Shown: positions 44,716-53,556, counted from the stretch's first letter. The stretch is 64,000 nucleotides of DNA from a virus (IMGVR_UViG_3300047546_001659:32001-96000), one strand, 5' to 3'. Made by a program: numbers and translations. The notes: generated from the sequence alone by a model not told the origin.

Positions 44716-45291
44716 TCACGAGAATTTATTTCTCAAGATCCCACAATATTTATCTTTATTATACTCCATAAAAGGGTATAATTTTTTACAGTTCATGGCA
44801 ATTTGAGGCCATAGAACTGGGTCATTTATCTGCTTGTTCCAACTACCAAAGAATCGTACACAGTCTTGAATAATAATAAAGGATTCTTTGGTAATCTTTT
44901 TACGAACAAGCAAATTCAGTAGATAAGGATACCCACCATCGTCAGGTACCTTAAAATTCTCATCAAAATTTTCTAATAGATGATCTATATCTGATTCAAA
45001 CATATATTGAAGTGTTTGCTTACGCCTCAAATAATCATTATATTTAAATTGATGATCTGTATTAAACATATCACCTATCCAAAGTTTTTGATTCTCTGAA
45101 AGATTAGCAACCAGAAATGTCTTAGGATCTTCGTGTTTAGACAACTTATAAAACATATATTTGTCTTTGCGTGTTTCAAAAGAGTGTTCTGAAACGTTTG
45201 TTTTACCATTATACTTTACAAAATCATATGATGGTGAAGTAAAATGATTTTTCAAAGCTACAAATAATTTATAGGCTTCAAAAGGTGTCAT
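44716..45291 (-). CDS. gp59: Helicase loader gp59
   Basis: FEAYKLFVALKNHF...YDFVKYNGK...FETRKDKYMFYKL; adjacent to gp32. Confidence 0.88.
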   Translation of the reverse strand: MTPFEAYKLFVALKNHFTSPSYDFVKYNGKTNVSEHSFETRKDKYMFYKLSKHEDPKTFLVANLSENQKLWIGDMFNTDHQFKYNDYLRRKQTLQYMFESDIDHLLENFDENFKVPDDGGYPYLLNLLVRKKITKESFIIIQDCVRFFGSWNKQINDPVLWPQIAMNCKKLYPFMEYNKDKYCGILRNKFS

Positions 45292-45521
45292 ATAGGTAAT
45301 CTACCCGATCTTCTTACAAGGTTAAGATTTTCAGCTTCTATTTGAATTTTTGCTTTTAATACTGTACTCTGTTTAATTAGTGAAGCAGCAGTTTCAACTT
45401 CAATGTTATTTGACTCACAGTAATGCATTACAGCGTCAAAATATGTCAAACCTTTAACTGAAGCTAACCTGTCAATTTCTTTTACAAAGTCAGCAGAGGA
45501 TTTTATATTACTTATTTTCAT
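45288..45521 (-). CDS. gp33: Late transcription coactivator gp33
   Basis: FVKEID...YFDAVMHYCESNNIEVE...LKAKIQIEAENLNL...LPI. Confidence 0.9.
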   Translation of the reverse strand: MKISNIKSSADFVKEIDRLASVKGLTYFDAVMHYCESNNIEVETAASLIKQSTVLKAKIQIEAENLNLVRRSGRLPI

Positions 45522-46677
45522 CTATATTTCTTTTAAATGCAAGTGTTATGTTTGTGCCACCAAAACCAAATGAATTATTGAGAACTATATTTTGTTCAGT
45601 TTCATATGGAACATTTGGTAGGAAAATTTCTTCTGATATGCTTTCGTCTTTTTCATCTAAATTCCAATTTGGAATTATTACACTATTTTCAAGAACAGTA
45701 ATACAGGCTAATGATTCAATAGCACCGGCTGCACCAAATAAATGTCCGTGCAATCCTTTAGTAGAGCTGATGGGAATATTCGATGTATATTTACCAAAAA
45801 TATTTTCTATGCTTTTTAACTCTACAAGATCACCAATTGGTGTACCAGTTCCATGAGCATTAATATAAGTTACATCTTGAATATCAAAATCCTTTAAAGC
45901 AAGAGACATACATTTAACCTGGCCTTCAGTGTTTGGTTTAGTTACAGATTCAGAACCATTTGATACACCATATCCAACTATTTCACAATATATTTTTGCA
46001 TTTCTTGCAATAGCTTTATCGTAATTTTCTAGAATGAATATTACTGAACCTTCTGACATTGTAATACCATTTCTATTTTTAGAAAAGGGTTTACAATCAC
46101 TACTTAGCGCATTCATAGCTTTCCAATAGGCAAATTGCAATTCATTAATACAAGCCTCAGAACCACCAGCTGCTAGACAATCATATTCACCATAAGCAAT
46201 CTTCTTATAAGCTTCACCTATAGCTGTAGAGGAAGATGAACAAGCTGTCGAATAAGTAAAAGCGGGACCTTTTAAACCATCTTTAAGAGCTATAAAGTTA
46301 GCACCCATATTAACAACAGAACAAATTAATGCAGAGGGTTTAACTTTTCCTTTTGCAAATAAAGATTTATATGACTCTTCATAAGCTATAGCACCACCAC
46401 CATATCCAACACCTAATAATATTCCCTCTGGATAATTGGAACTATCATTAATAGCATCTTTATAAGATAACCAAGCAAGCCTTGTAAACCTATCTGTAAT
46501 GTTTAGATCAAACCTATCAAAATGACTATCAACATCCTCAGAAACAACATAAGAAGATGAATCAAACATATCTTGTTTAGATCCAAATACACCTCTTATA
46601 AATGAATTTTTTACTGTGGGGTAATCATTGCCAATTGGCGTTCTGCAACCTATACCTGTAATTGCAACTCTGTTCAT
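45508..46677 (-). CDS. fabF: Beta-ketoacyl-ACP synthase (FabF/NodE family)
   Basis: RVAITGIG; TACSSS (catalytic Cys); INAHGTGT; STKGLHGHLFGAAG; NSFGFGGTN. The Cys-His-His set is intact. Confidence 0.93.
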   Translation of the reverse strand: MNRVAITGIGCRTPIGNDYPTVKNSFIRGVFGSKQDMFDSSSYVVSEDVDSHFDRFDLNITDRFTRLAWLSYKDAINDSSNYPEGILLGVGYGGGAIAYEESYKSLFAKGKVKPSALICSVVNMGANFIALKDGLKGPAFTYSTACSSSSTAIGEAYKKIAYGEYDCLAAGGSEACINELQFAYWKAMNALSSDCKPFSKNRNGITMSEGSVIFILENYDKAIARNAKIYCEIVGYGVSNGSESVTKPNTEGQVKCMSLALKDFDIQDVTYINAHGTGTPIGDLVELKSIENIFGKYTSNIPISSTKGLHGHLFGAAGAIESLACITVLENSVIIPNWNLDEKDESISEEIFLPNVPYETEQNIVLNNSFGFGGTNITLAFKRNIDENK

Positions 46678-46931
46678 TTATGATCCATATTATCATAAAT
46701 GTAATCAACTAATCCATTCAATGTTGTTGCAATGTCTTCTATTGTAATTGAATTTATTTCAAAAACATCTTCAAGTTCAAAAAGAATATTAATGACTTCC
46801 ATAGAATCTAATTTTTCATTTAATTCTTGAAGTCTGTTGAGAGGGAAATCACTATCTAAAACATTTATGTTAATATTATAATTTTTATTAAAGTAGGTAG
46901 CAATGGTTTCACGGATTTCATCTTTTGTCAT
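46674..46931 (-). CDS. acpP: Acyl carrier protein
   Basis: Small and acidic; LDSMEVINILFELEDVFEI phosphopantetheine-Ser motif; GAGG RBS before MTKDE. The ORF-track N-terminus lies inside the tmRNA. Confidence 0.85.
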   Translation of the reverse strand: MTKDEIRETIATYFNKNYNININVLDSDFPLNRLQELNEKLDSMEVINILFELEDVFEINSITIEDIATTLNGLVDYIYDNMDHK

Positions 46932-46948
46932 CATAACCTCATAATAAA

Positions 46949-47235
46949 TGGTGGAGAGATTCTGTTTCCAAGCTCTCTCCGGGCTCATATCAAGCAGCGA
47001 GTGCTAGATTAGGTGCAAAGTTATCGTTTGCATTTAGTTTTGTCGCTTCAGTCTCGATCTTGTCTTTACTACACCTGTCGATCCTATTTCGCCCCCATCA
47101 AAGATACAGCAAAGAAGATTTATTTACTGCTGACTCTAATCTTCTATCCAGCATCACTTCTGTATCTATGGTGGAGGCGGAGGGTATCGCACCCTCGTCC
47201 AGTATGTCTATTCTACTAGATGTCAACAACATCAG
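46949..47235 (-). ncRNA. ssrA: Circularly permuted (two-piece) tmRNA, alphaproteobacterial type; tag (A)NDNFAPNLALAA
   Basis: The acceptor piece ...GAGGG-TGCGATA-CCCTC-CGCCTCC-ACCA ends at 47169 and precedes the coding piece starting GGGGGCGAAATAGGATCGAC at 47096. G3:U pair present. Tag frame 47031-46990 reads ANDNFAPNLALAA*. The intervening segment is closed by AGATACAG/CTGTATCT. Outer ends are approximate. Confidence 0.93.
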
Positions 47236-47241
47236 CAATTA

Positions 47242-47272
47242 TATTTATAGCATATAATTAATTAAATGTCAA
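47242..47272 (-). promoter_or_regulatory. Composite sigma70/late promoter of tmRNA-acp-KAS
   Basis: TTGACA-N17-TATAAA with extended TG; the -10 element coincides with an exact TATAAATA. Confidence 0.75.
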
Positions 47273-47280
47273 CTGTAATT

Positions 47281-47982
47281 TTATACACCATTTCTGGTTC
47301 TATATACTTCACGCCAATGCATCAAATCTTTAACATAATAATCTCGACGATCCTCAAATACCTGAGGAGGTTCATTGTCAACCGAAATAAGAATAACAAT
47401 TCTACTTACGGGAATATTGAATCTTTCTTCGTACATAATAGCATAGGCAGAAGCTTGACAGAAGTAATTTAAAATATGATCTCTGTTTTTTAATTTACGA
47501 GCTGTTTTAAAATCTATAATTGAAAGTTTACCTTTCCATTCAGCAACACAATCAACAGTGCCAGCCATCTTTAAATAATCAGAATAAAGTCTTACTTCTT
47601 GTAAATGTATGTTATCAATATTTCTATCCAACTCAGGTTTAAGTTCATTGAAATTAATGACATCATTAAAATTATATTTGCTTACATCTATCTCATTATT
47701 GTTTAGATAGTCTTCACACAACTGATGTATACGTGTTCCACGAGTAGCAGCTTGTGTGCTTATTTTATTGGCTTCTTCATTACCAACTCTTTTACGCCAA
47801 GCTCGAATCGCATCTTCACTCATTAATCCAGTTACAGTAGTCACAGAGGGATATAATTCACCGGAAGGAGTTTTATAATACCTTCCGGTGTCTGTATTGA
47901 CTTGTTCTAATACATCCTCATTAAGGGTCTTTTTGAGATGAGTGAAGTGCTTGCGTTGGGCTAAAATGTCCTTGAGTAGCAT
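47281..47982 (-). CDS. PD-(D/E)XK exonuclease (T4-like, Cas4/ExoV-like)
   Basis: RYYKTPSGELYPSVTTV...RGTRIH...AGTVDCVAE...IIDFKT...YFCQASAY. Confidence 0.88.
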   Translation of the reverse strand: MLLKDILAQRKHFTHLKKTLNEDVLEQVNTDTGRYYKTPSGELYPSVTTVTGLMSEDAIRAWRKRVGNEEANKISTQAATRGTRIHQLCEDYLNNNEIDVSKYNFNDVINFNELKPELDRNIDNIHLQEVRLYSDYLKMAGTVDCVAEWKGKLSIIDFKTARKLKNRDHILNYFCQASAYAIMYEERFNIPVSRIVILISVDNEPPQVFEDRRDYYVKDLMHWREVYRTRNGV

Positions 47983-48721
47983 TATGTAATATTCCGTTCT
48001 CTATCATATTTCTTTTAATTATAAAGTCTTTTACGAGACCGGATCTCACAATATCATTCTCGCTAAACTCAATACATGAAAAATATTTTGACATTCTATC
48101 AAGTATTTTCATAAATCTATGAATGCCTTCTTTTTCATCATCCCATTTTAAATCAGTTTGTCTATAATCTCCACAGAAAATAATCTTAGAGTTATGTCCG
48201 ACTCGGGTGATGATTGTATTAAGTTCTTGATATGTCATATTTTGACATTCATCAACTATTATAATTGTATTGTCTAATGTAAGTCCTCTTAAGAAAGAAG
48301 ATGTTTCAAATTGTATTAGATTTTTTTGTTTAAGTATTTCGTAAGCATCGCCTCTATTATAAAGCTGAGAGCATATTGCTTGATAGGGGGCTTCATATAC
48401 TTTAGATTTTTCTTTTATGGAACCGGGTAAGAAACCCATATCTCGAGAGGGGACTACTGAGCGTATTATTGTAACACTATTATATTCTCTATACTCTTCT
48501 ATTTCTGATAAGGCAAGATAAAGTGATATAAATGATTTGCCTGTACCAGGAAGACCGTGAATTAAAAGATTTTTACCATTAATAAATTCTTTAAATACTT
48601 TTTCTTGATTTAATGTTTTAGGTGTTACAGTCTTTAGTTCGAGGTTATTTTTTGTTTGTTTTTGCTCCTGACGCTTTTGTTGTTTCAGTAGTCTCTTTTC
48701 TGCGCGAGATAGTCTTTCCAT
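47921..48721 (-). CDS. phoH: PhoH-family ATPase
   Basis: GLPGTGKS, RDMGFLPG, FLRGLT, VDECQN, TRVG...GDYRQTD, DIVRSGLV. Likely start is MERLS. Confidence 0.95.
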   Translation of the reverse strand: MERLSRAEKRLLKQQKRQEQKQTKNNLELKTVTPKTLNQEKVFKEFINGKNLLIHGLPGTGKSFISLYLALSEIEEYREYNSVTIIRSVVPSRDMGFLPGSIKEKSKVYEAPYQAICSQLYNRGDAYEILKQKNLIQFETSSFLRGLTLDNTIIIVDECQNMTYQELNTIITRVGHNSKIIFCGDYRQTDLKWDDEKEGIHRFMKILDRMSKYFSCIEFSENDIVRSGLVKDFIIKRNMIENGILHNATQGHFSPTQALHSSQKDP

Positions 48722-48734
48722 ATAGCACCTCGTG

Positions 48735-48971
48735 TTACCATGTGTTGATAGTATTATTCCTCCCACTAGCTTTTTTAACACGCTTTAAAACATCACGAAA
48801 CCCTCCATCAGGTTTTCTCAAACCTAATCGAGTTGGATCTGCAATAGCAGGAGCCGATAATACTTGTTGAAGATGTGGATTGTTTTCTATGTAGGTGTCT
48901 AGTTCAGAGATTGGCATTGAGATGTCAAACTCTTTGTTGGTCTTAGTATCGTAGAACGTATAATTAGCCAT
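48735..48971 (-). CDS. Small conserved T4-like protein (FmdB-like)
   Basis: MANYTF...NPHL...KPDGGFRDVLKRVK. Confidence 0.7.
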   Translation of the reverse strand: MANYTFYDTKTNKEFDISMPISELDTYIENNPHLQQVLSAPAIADPTRLGLRKPDGGFRDVLKRVKKASGRNNTINTW

Positions 48972-49161
48972 TAACTACTACACCCTTAGACTTCCAGTAT
49001 GCCTGAATGTCATCTTTATTTAGGGGATCATACCCTTTAGAACGCATTTCTTCTTCAACTAAATCTTCCAAATAAGCCTTTTCATTAAGGTTTCTTGGAT
49101 TGTAATATTCATCAATAATCTTATTAACTACTTCTTTGTTGCTATTAAGAATCTGAGACAC
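48964..49161 (-). CDS. Hypothetical protein
   Basis: Packed in the operon with overlapping start/stop codons. Confidence 0.6.
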   Translation of the reverse strand: MSQILNSNKEVVNKIIDEYYNPRNLNEKAYLEDLVEEEMRSKGYDPLNKDDIQAYWKSKGVVVNG

Positions 49162-49330
49162 TTAACATCTCCCTAAGTTTGGTTTGAACTCTTTTTAATG
49201 CTTCTGGTTCGTGTTCTTTAAAAACTACTAGTGTTTCATGAACGCCTTTTTTATGGCCTTCAAACCAATAGTATACTGCTACAGCTGCTAAAAGCAGTGT
49301 ATATAGAATTGCGCTTGTTAAATTGTCCAT
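49145..49330 (-). CDS. Small membrane-anchored hypothetical protein
   Basis: N-terminal hydrophobic helix SAILYTLLLAAVAVYYW. Confidence 0.6.
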   Translation of the reverse strand: MDNLTSAILYTLLLAAVAVYYWFEGHKKGVHETLVVFKEHEPEALKRVQTKLREMLSVSDS

Positions 49331-49521
49331 CAGTCGTCTTCGTATGAAAGGAGTCTATCTAAATTTTTAGAACGAAGAGCATTATCATAATTACGATAAT
49401 GCTTTTGCATTTTTTCTCGCTTTACTTCTCTAAAGCTGAGATTTTCTTCTTCTATAAAATTATTTGGAGGTTTCTTTTTATTTTTAAATTCGGTTTTATG
49501 GAATTTAGACGTATTGCTCAT
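49330..49521 (-). CDS. Hypothetical basic protein
   Basis: Coupled ORF in the operon. Confidence 0.6.
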   Translation of the reverse strand: MSNTSKFHKTEFKNKKKPPNNFIEEENLSFREVKREKMQKHYRNYDNALRSKNLDRLLSYEDD

Positions 49522-49946
49522 TCGGAAATTAACCCTGGGAAAGCTGCCATTACTACTTCTTTGTTTATTCCTTTATAAGGACATTTTTTATCCTTCATGT
49601 TGATTAAGAGTTCTGCATCATCAGGACTTACTGCTTCAAGCATTTGGATAAAAATTTGTTCACGTCTTATTTTTGTTAGATTAGGATTACCTTGTTCTGC
49701 TAACAAATAAAAACGAGAAACTTCGTTGTGTAGAGCTTTAGGCTCATCAAATTGATTTGGATTGAAAGGAGGTTTCCCTTCTGGTAAAGGAAATTTGACA
49801 TTAGGATCAAACATGCCCTGCAAGATAGATCTGAGCGTGTAATTACTATTTTGTTTTAAAGCTTCTATTCTATCTTCTTTTTTCTTTATTTCACTAATTT
49901 TTGCTAACAACTTTGCAGTTGAGTCCATCTTAAATTGAAAAGCCAT
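49518..49946 (-). CDS. Conserved T4-like hypothetical protein downstream of RNase H
   Basis: FDPNVKFPLPEGKPPF...RREQIFIQMLE...AELL...KDKK...YKGI...AFP. Confidence 0.8.
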   Translation of the reverse strand: MAFQFKMDSTAKLLAKISEIKKKEDRIEALKQNSNYTLRSILQGMFDPNVKFPLPEGKPPFNPNQFDEPKALHNEVSRFYLLAEQGNPNLTKIRREQIFIQMLEAVSPDDAELLINMKDKKCPYKGINKEVVMAAFPGLISE

Positions 49947-50791
49947 TAAAAATCACCTACGTTTTCCATCATGAGTTTAAGTTTATGTGTTATAAAATAA
50001 TTAAACAGTTTACTTCTATCCTTGCCCTGTTCGTTTAGATATTTATTAATAACTTCATTTTTAATACCTTCAGGAACCATAGAAAGATCAACCATATGTT
50101 TATTACGCATAAAGTTTCTATCAGTGGTGCTATCTAAAAGAACAGCTCCATCGTTATATATCTTATTGATTTTCTTTTGTGTCAAGGGTTTCTGACGTTT
50201 GTCTGTAACAAATGTATCGTCATCAGATAGCACATTAGGAACACCATCCCCGGCATCACCCTTGAGGATATGTTCCAAAAGAAATCTTTCAGGATTATCA
50301 TGATTGATCCATTTCTTACGAACAGGATCATACTGTTTGACATTAGAGTAAGTTTGAAGCTGAACGAAATCTTTATCACCAGATAGAATAAGGATTTTAT
50401 GCCCATCATTGGTGCATTTTACAAGGGAAGCAATAATATCATCCGCTTCCGCTGAATCAACTTGAATAACAGGATATGGAAAATTATCTTTAATTTCAGT
50501 CTTTATCTTATTAAAGATTTCAAATACCTGTGTCCAATTAATCTCAGACTCTTCACGATTCTTTTTGCGATTGGCTTTATAATAAGGAAAGATCTGCTTA
50601 CGCCAATAATTTTTATCGTCACATGCTATAACCATCTCACCATATTCGTCACCAAATTTCTGCTTGTATGAACGAAGTGAGTTGATTACCATATGACGAA
50701 ACAGACCTTCTTCGATAGGAATGTTTGTGTGATTTCCCAACTGCATCATTAGGTTGGAAATCATTACCTGGTTAAAGTCAACTATTATCAT
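49946..50791 (-). CDS. rnh: T4 RNase H (5'-3' exonuclease)
   Basis: IIVDFNQ...YWRKQIFPYYKANRKK...EADDII...SGDKDFVQL...KGDAGDGVPN. Confidence 0.95.
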   Translation of the reverse strand: MIIVDFNQVMISNLMMQLGNHTNIPIEEGLFRHMVINSLRSYKQKFGDEYGEMVIACDDKNYWRKQIFPYYKANRKKNREESEINWTQVFEIFNKIKTEIKDNFPYPVIQVDSAEADDIIASLVKCTNDGHKILILSGDKDFVQLQTYSNVKQYDPVRKKWINHDNPERFLLEHILKGDAGDGVPNVLSDDDTFVTDKRQKPLTQKKINKIYNDGAVLLDSTTDRNFMRNKHMVDLSMVPEGIKNEVINKYLNEQGKDRSKLFNYFITHKLKLMMENVGDF

Positions 50792-50839
50792 GTTATATGT
50801 TCCACTTAATCTACTATAATTTATTATATAGTAATTAAT

Positions 50840-51196
50840 TTAAGTGTTCAACTGTTTTTCTTCAATAATCCCTTGTAAATCTTGATGAGCTTGTGGTGTC
50901 AATGAAATTATTTTTTGTGCCAGATCTTGGAAGTCATGATTTAAATTTTTTGTTGAATAAATCATAGCCTTCAATGCTTCTTCTACAAATACAATATACT
51001 TGACATTATCTTCGTCAGGTTTTACTGTAATTCCATATGAAGATAATACTGAGAAAGCTGCTTCCATAACATCTGAACAAACTTCGTCACAATAATCGCG
51101 TCTTACGTTTTCAATATGCTCATAAGATTGTTCAAGAGAAACTGGGAAATTTTTATCATCAATTTTTTTGGGAAACTCTAATATGTTATCCATCAC
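50840..51196 (-). CDS. Hypothetical protein
   Basis: NILEFPK N-terminus; precedes rnh. Confidence 0.7.
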   Translation of the reverse strand: MMDNILEFPKKIDDKNFPVSLEQSYEHIENVRRDYCDEVCSDVMEAAFSVLSSYGITVKPDEDNVKYIVFVEEALKAMIYSTKNLNHDFQDLAQKIISLTPQAHQDLQGIIEEKQLNT

Positions 51197-51210
51197 TCTG
51201 CCGTGTTAGA

Positions 51211-51248
51211 GGGGCATACACATTTATTTATGGTTTTGTGTATGCCCC
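51211..51248. terminator. 12-bp stem hairpin with a late-promoter-like motif in the loop
   Basis: GGGGCATACACA-N14-TGTGTATGCCCC in an intergenic gap; the loop reads CATAAATA on the minus strand. Confidence 0.55.
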
Positions 51249-51254
51249 ATAATA

Positions 51255-52370
51255 TCATTTAATGACCCTAAGCAGAATCATGTTTGTATTAATACGGTCT
51301 GAAAAGTTGGTGGGTTCAGATTTAATTTCTTCCATTAGTTTACGAAGAACAATCTTACCACCGTTAAGAACTTTCTTAACATACTCTTCAGGTTTACGTC
51401 CAATGCGTTTTGTCAAGGAAGCATCGCTATCATAGCCATCAATGCTAGCGCGCCGTATATTGAGACCAGAAGGCCCACGAGCCCTGAAAACACTAAGAGT
51501 TTTAGACTTAGTGTTAAAACACCAGAGTTCTTGAGAGCCAATAATCGTTGCGGGGTCACACGATTGTAGTTTATACTCATTGCTTTCTTTCTGATACTGG
51601 AAATGTTTCAAGAGTTTTTCGGTAGTAGGAGCTTTCTTCTTACGAGGAGCACGAGCCTTCTTCACATTACCTGCAAAGCGTTCGCAGTCTTCGATAAGCT
51701 TAGCGACATATGCTAACTTAGCTTTTAGTTGAGGTTTCGAATAGTGAGTGTAGCCCTCATTACTCTCGGTATAAGCATAAGCATACTCATCACGAAGAGG
51801 CTTATAGTAATCAGCGATTTTATTGGAATGCTGTGCTGGAATCTCATTTTTCTGTAACCACTCATAAATGTTGACTTGTTCACCGGAATCGAGAATAGCT
51901 TCTATATCCCCAATAATATCAGAGACACGTTCCCTGATACGTTCTTGAATATTAGGCTTGACTTTAGGTTCAGAAGGTTTCTCTTCTACCTCTTCACCAA
52001 AGCCAGAAGCATCCTTAATATCATCATTAACACGAACCAAATCATTTGCTTGTAATTCTTCTTTGCGATTAGTAGCAATACGACAAAGCCAAGCAGATGT
52101 CAAAGGAACACGCTTATCAGGAATACGATCAATAATCTTGATCATGTTCTTGTCATTTTTAAAATAGTCTTTTAGATATTGTCTAGCCTCATTGTTATCA
52201 CACATGTAATTATACCATGTGAAAGCACGAACCAGATCAATATTAGTCTCTATCTTGTCAGCCTTAGGTTCGTCACCCAAATACTTCCAATTGACTAAAT
52301 ATGTTTCACTCTTTGTTGAACGTTTGGTCTTAGGTTTCTTTGACTTTACACTAAGTAGTGATTTAGCCAT
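51255..52370 (-). CDS. Conserved T4-like hypothetical protein (371 aa)
   Basis: AFTWYNY...KPNIQERI...IIGSQELWCFNTK...RKPEE...RIN pattern seen in large T4-like phages. Confidence 0.75.
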   Translation of the reverse strand: MAKSLLSVKSKKPKTKRSTKSETYLVNWKYLGDEPKADKIETNIDLVRAFTWYNYMCDNNEARQYLKDYFKNDKNMIKIIDRIPDKRVPLTSAWLCRIATNRKEELQANDLVRVNDDIKDASGFGEEVEEKPSEPKVKPNIQERIRERVSDIIGDIEAILDSGEQVNIYEWLQKNEIPAQHSNKIADYYKPLRDEYAYAYTESNEGYTHYSKPQLKAKLAYVAKLIEDCERFAGNVKKARAPRKKKAPTTEKLLKHFQYQKESNEYKLQSCDPATIIGSQELWCFNTKSKTLSVFRARGPSGLNIRRASIDGYDSDASLTKRIGRKPEEYVKKVLNGGKIVLRKLMEEIKSEPTNFSDRINTNMILLRVIK

Positions 52371-52578
52371 TCAATTTCTCCAAACGATCTAAAATGTCAT
52401 TTATAAGATCTATTTTATCTTTAGCGGCTGACTTACGACCATTATAAAAACCAGACGAGTAGTCATGCATATTATACCAATCAGGCATTGGTTCATCTGC
52501 AAGAACCTTATAGGAATGAGCGAGTGTCTGCAGATATTCTCTTAAATTTTCAATCTTCAACTCTTCTACTAAATCCAT
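52363..52578 (-). CDS. Hypothetical early protein
   Basis: GAGG RBS; part of an operon of small ORFs. Confidence 0.6.
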   Translation of the reverse strand: MDLVEELKIENLREYLQTLAHSYKVLADEPMPDWYNMHDYSSGFYNGRKSAAKDKIDLINDILDRLEKLNG

Positions 52579-52587
52579 AATAACCTC

Positions 52588-52839
52588 TCAATCACAAGAT
52601 GTCCAGCGTGAGCAGGCAGCATAATGTTCACCGTTTAAATATACAAAGCTAGCACGACCATTATAACCCATACGAGTAGCTTCAGTATAGTCTTCACAAT
52701 ACTGTTTACACTCTTCTAATGTATCAAATGGTCCAATGTAATAGTCTAGTATACCACCTGATACCTTTTCATTATACACACCAACTTCTTTACCATTGGC
52801 TAGTTTCTTTGCATAATTAAGTTGCAAATTAATTTGCAT
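52588..52839 (-). CDS. Hypothetical early protein
   Basis: YYIGPFDTLEEC motif; likely start MQINL. Confidence 0.6.
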   Translation of the reverse strand: MQINLQLNYAKKLANGKEVGVYNEKVSGGILDYYIGPFDTLEECKQYCEDYTEATRMGYNGRASFVYLNGEHYAACSRWTSCD

Positions 52840-53107
52840 ACACATCTTCCCCATTAATGAATCTGTGTGCTGTGTAATCACAGATTGAGGCTCTACAATG
52901 TTTTATATTATCTGATCCAGGGAAAAATGTCAACACATACCCGCCTGTAGAGACACAGGTTGAATCGAAATTACTATGCTGTGATGCAACCCAACGCATC
53001 CAATCATATACATCTTTCCAACCAGTAAACTTATCATGAAGGGCGTCATTCATCTTATACACAGCCATTGCTGTTCGCTTGAATGAGATATCATCTATTT
53101 CTAACAT
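52829..53107 (-). CDS. Hypothetical early protein
   Basis: Coupled small ORF. Confidence 0.6.
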   Translation of the reverse strand: MLEIDDISFKRTAMAVYKMNDALHDKFTGWKDVYDWMRWVASQHSNFDSTCVSTGGYVLTFFPGSDNIKHCRASICDYTAHRFINGEDVYAN

Positions 53108-53108
53108 A

Positions 53109-53303
53109 TCACTTCACCATCACTGAACGAATGTAACCATCTTTATCTACAGACTGAGATTTAAGCTTCCAGCCTTCTTCGACTAGCAAGTCAATACGCT
53201 TACGAACATAGTTACGATTCTTGCTAGTAACTACATACTGATCGATATAGTTCTGCTGCATACGAAAGTAATCTTCTGCTAATGCTAAAACGTGATTGCT
53301 CAT
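53109..53303 (-). CDS. Hypothetical early protein (paralog of 54406-54555)
   Basis: YVRKRIDLLVEEGWKL...DG...VM motif. Confidence 0.65.
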   Translation of the reverse strand: MSNHVLALAEDYFRMQQNYIDQYVVTSKNRNYVRKRIDLLVEEGWKLKSQSVDKDGYIRSVMVK

Positions 53304-53304
53304 A

Positions 53305-53556
53305 TTAAGCTACCTTCTTCTTTTCCATTTTATATTCGAGTTCTTTTGATAGAATATACTTTGCGATATTCATCAACTTACGAGATTGATCTTTAGCACG
53401 TTCCACATTACCATATTCAAGAACATGCTGCGCGTCAGAAAGAATTGACATAACTGTCATCTCAATCCCTGACATCATCGTGGTAAAGCTCTTAATATAC
53501 TCTTGCTCAATCTGCCCTTTAGACATACCGAACATCTGAAATTCTTCGTCTGTCAT
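53305..53556 (-). CDS. Hypothetical early protein
   Basis: GGAG RBS before MTDEEF; directly downstream of promoter P1. Confidence 0.65.
   Translation of the reverse strand: MTDEEFQMFGMSKGQIEQEYIKSFTTMMSGIEMTVMSILSDAQHVLEYGNVERAKDQSRKLMNIAKYILSKELEYKMEKKKVA

Noticed and set aside
47169-47205. Possible stand-alone tRNA-Ala gene
   Set aside because: Only a T-arm and 3' acceptor strand are present; the 5' strand lies downstream, as in a permuted tmRNA.
47013-47472. ORFs 47013-47219, 47060-47257, 47266-47472 and the first 19 codons of ORF 46674-46988
   Set aside because: They overlap the tmRNA or lie antisense to the exonuclease; the tmRNA explains the sequence.
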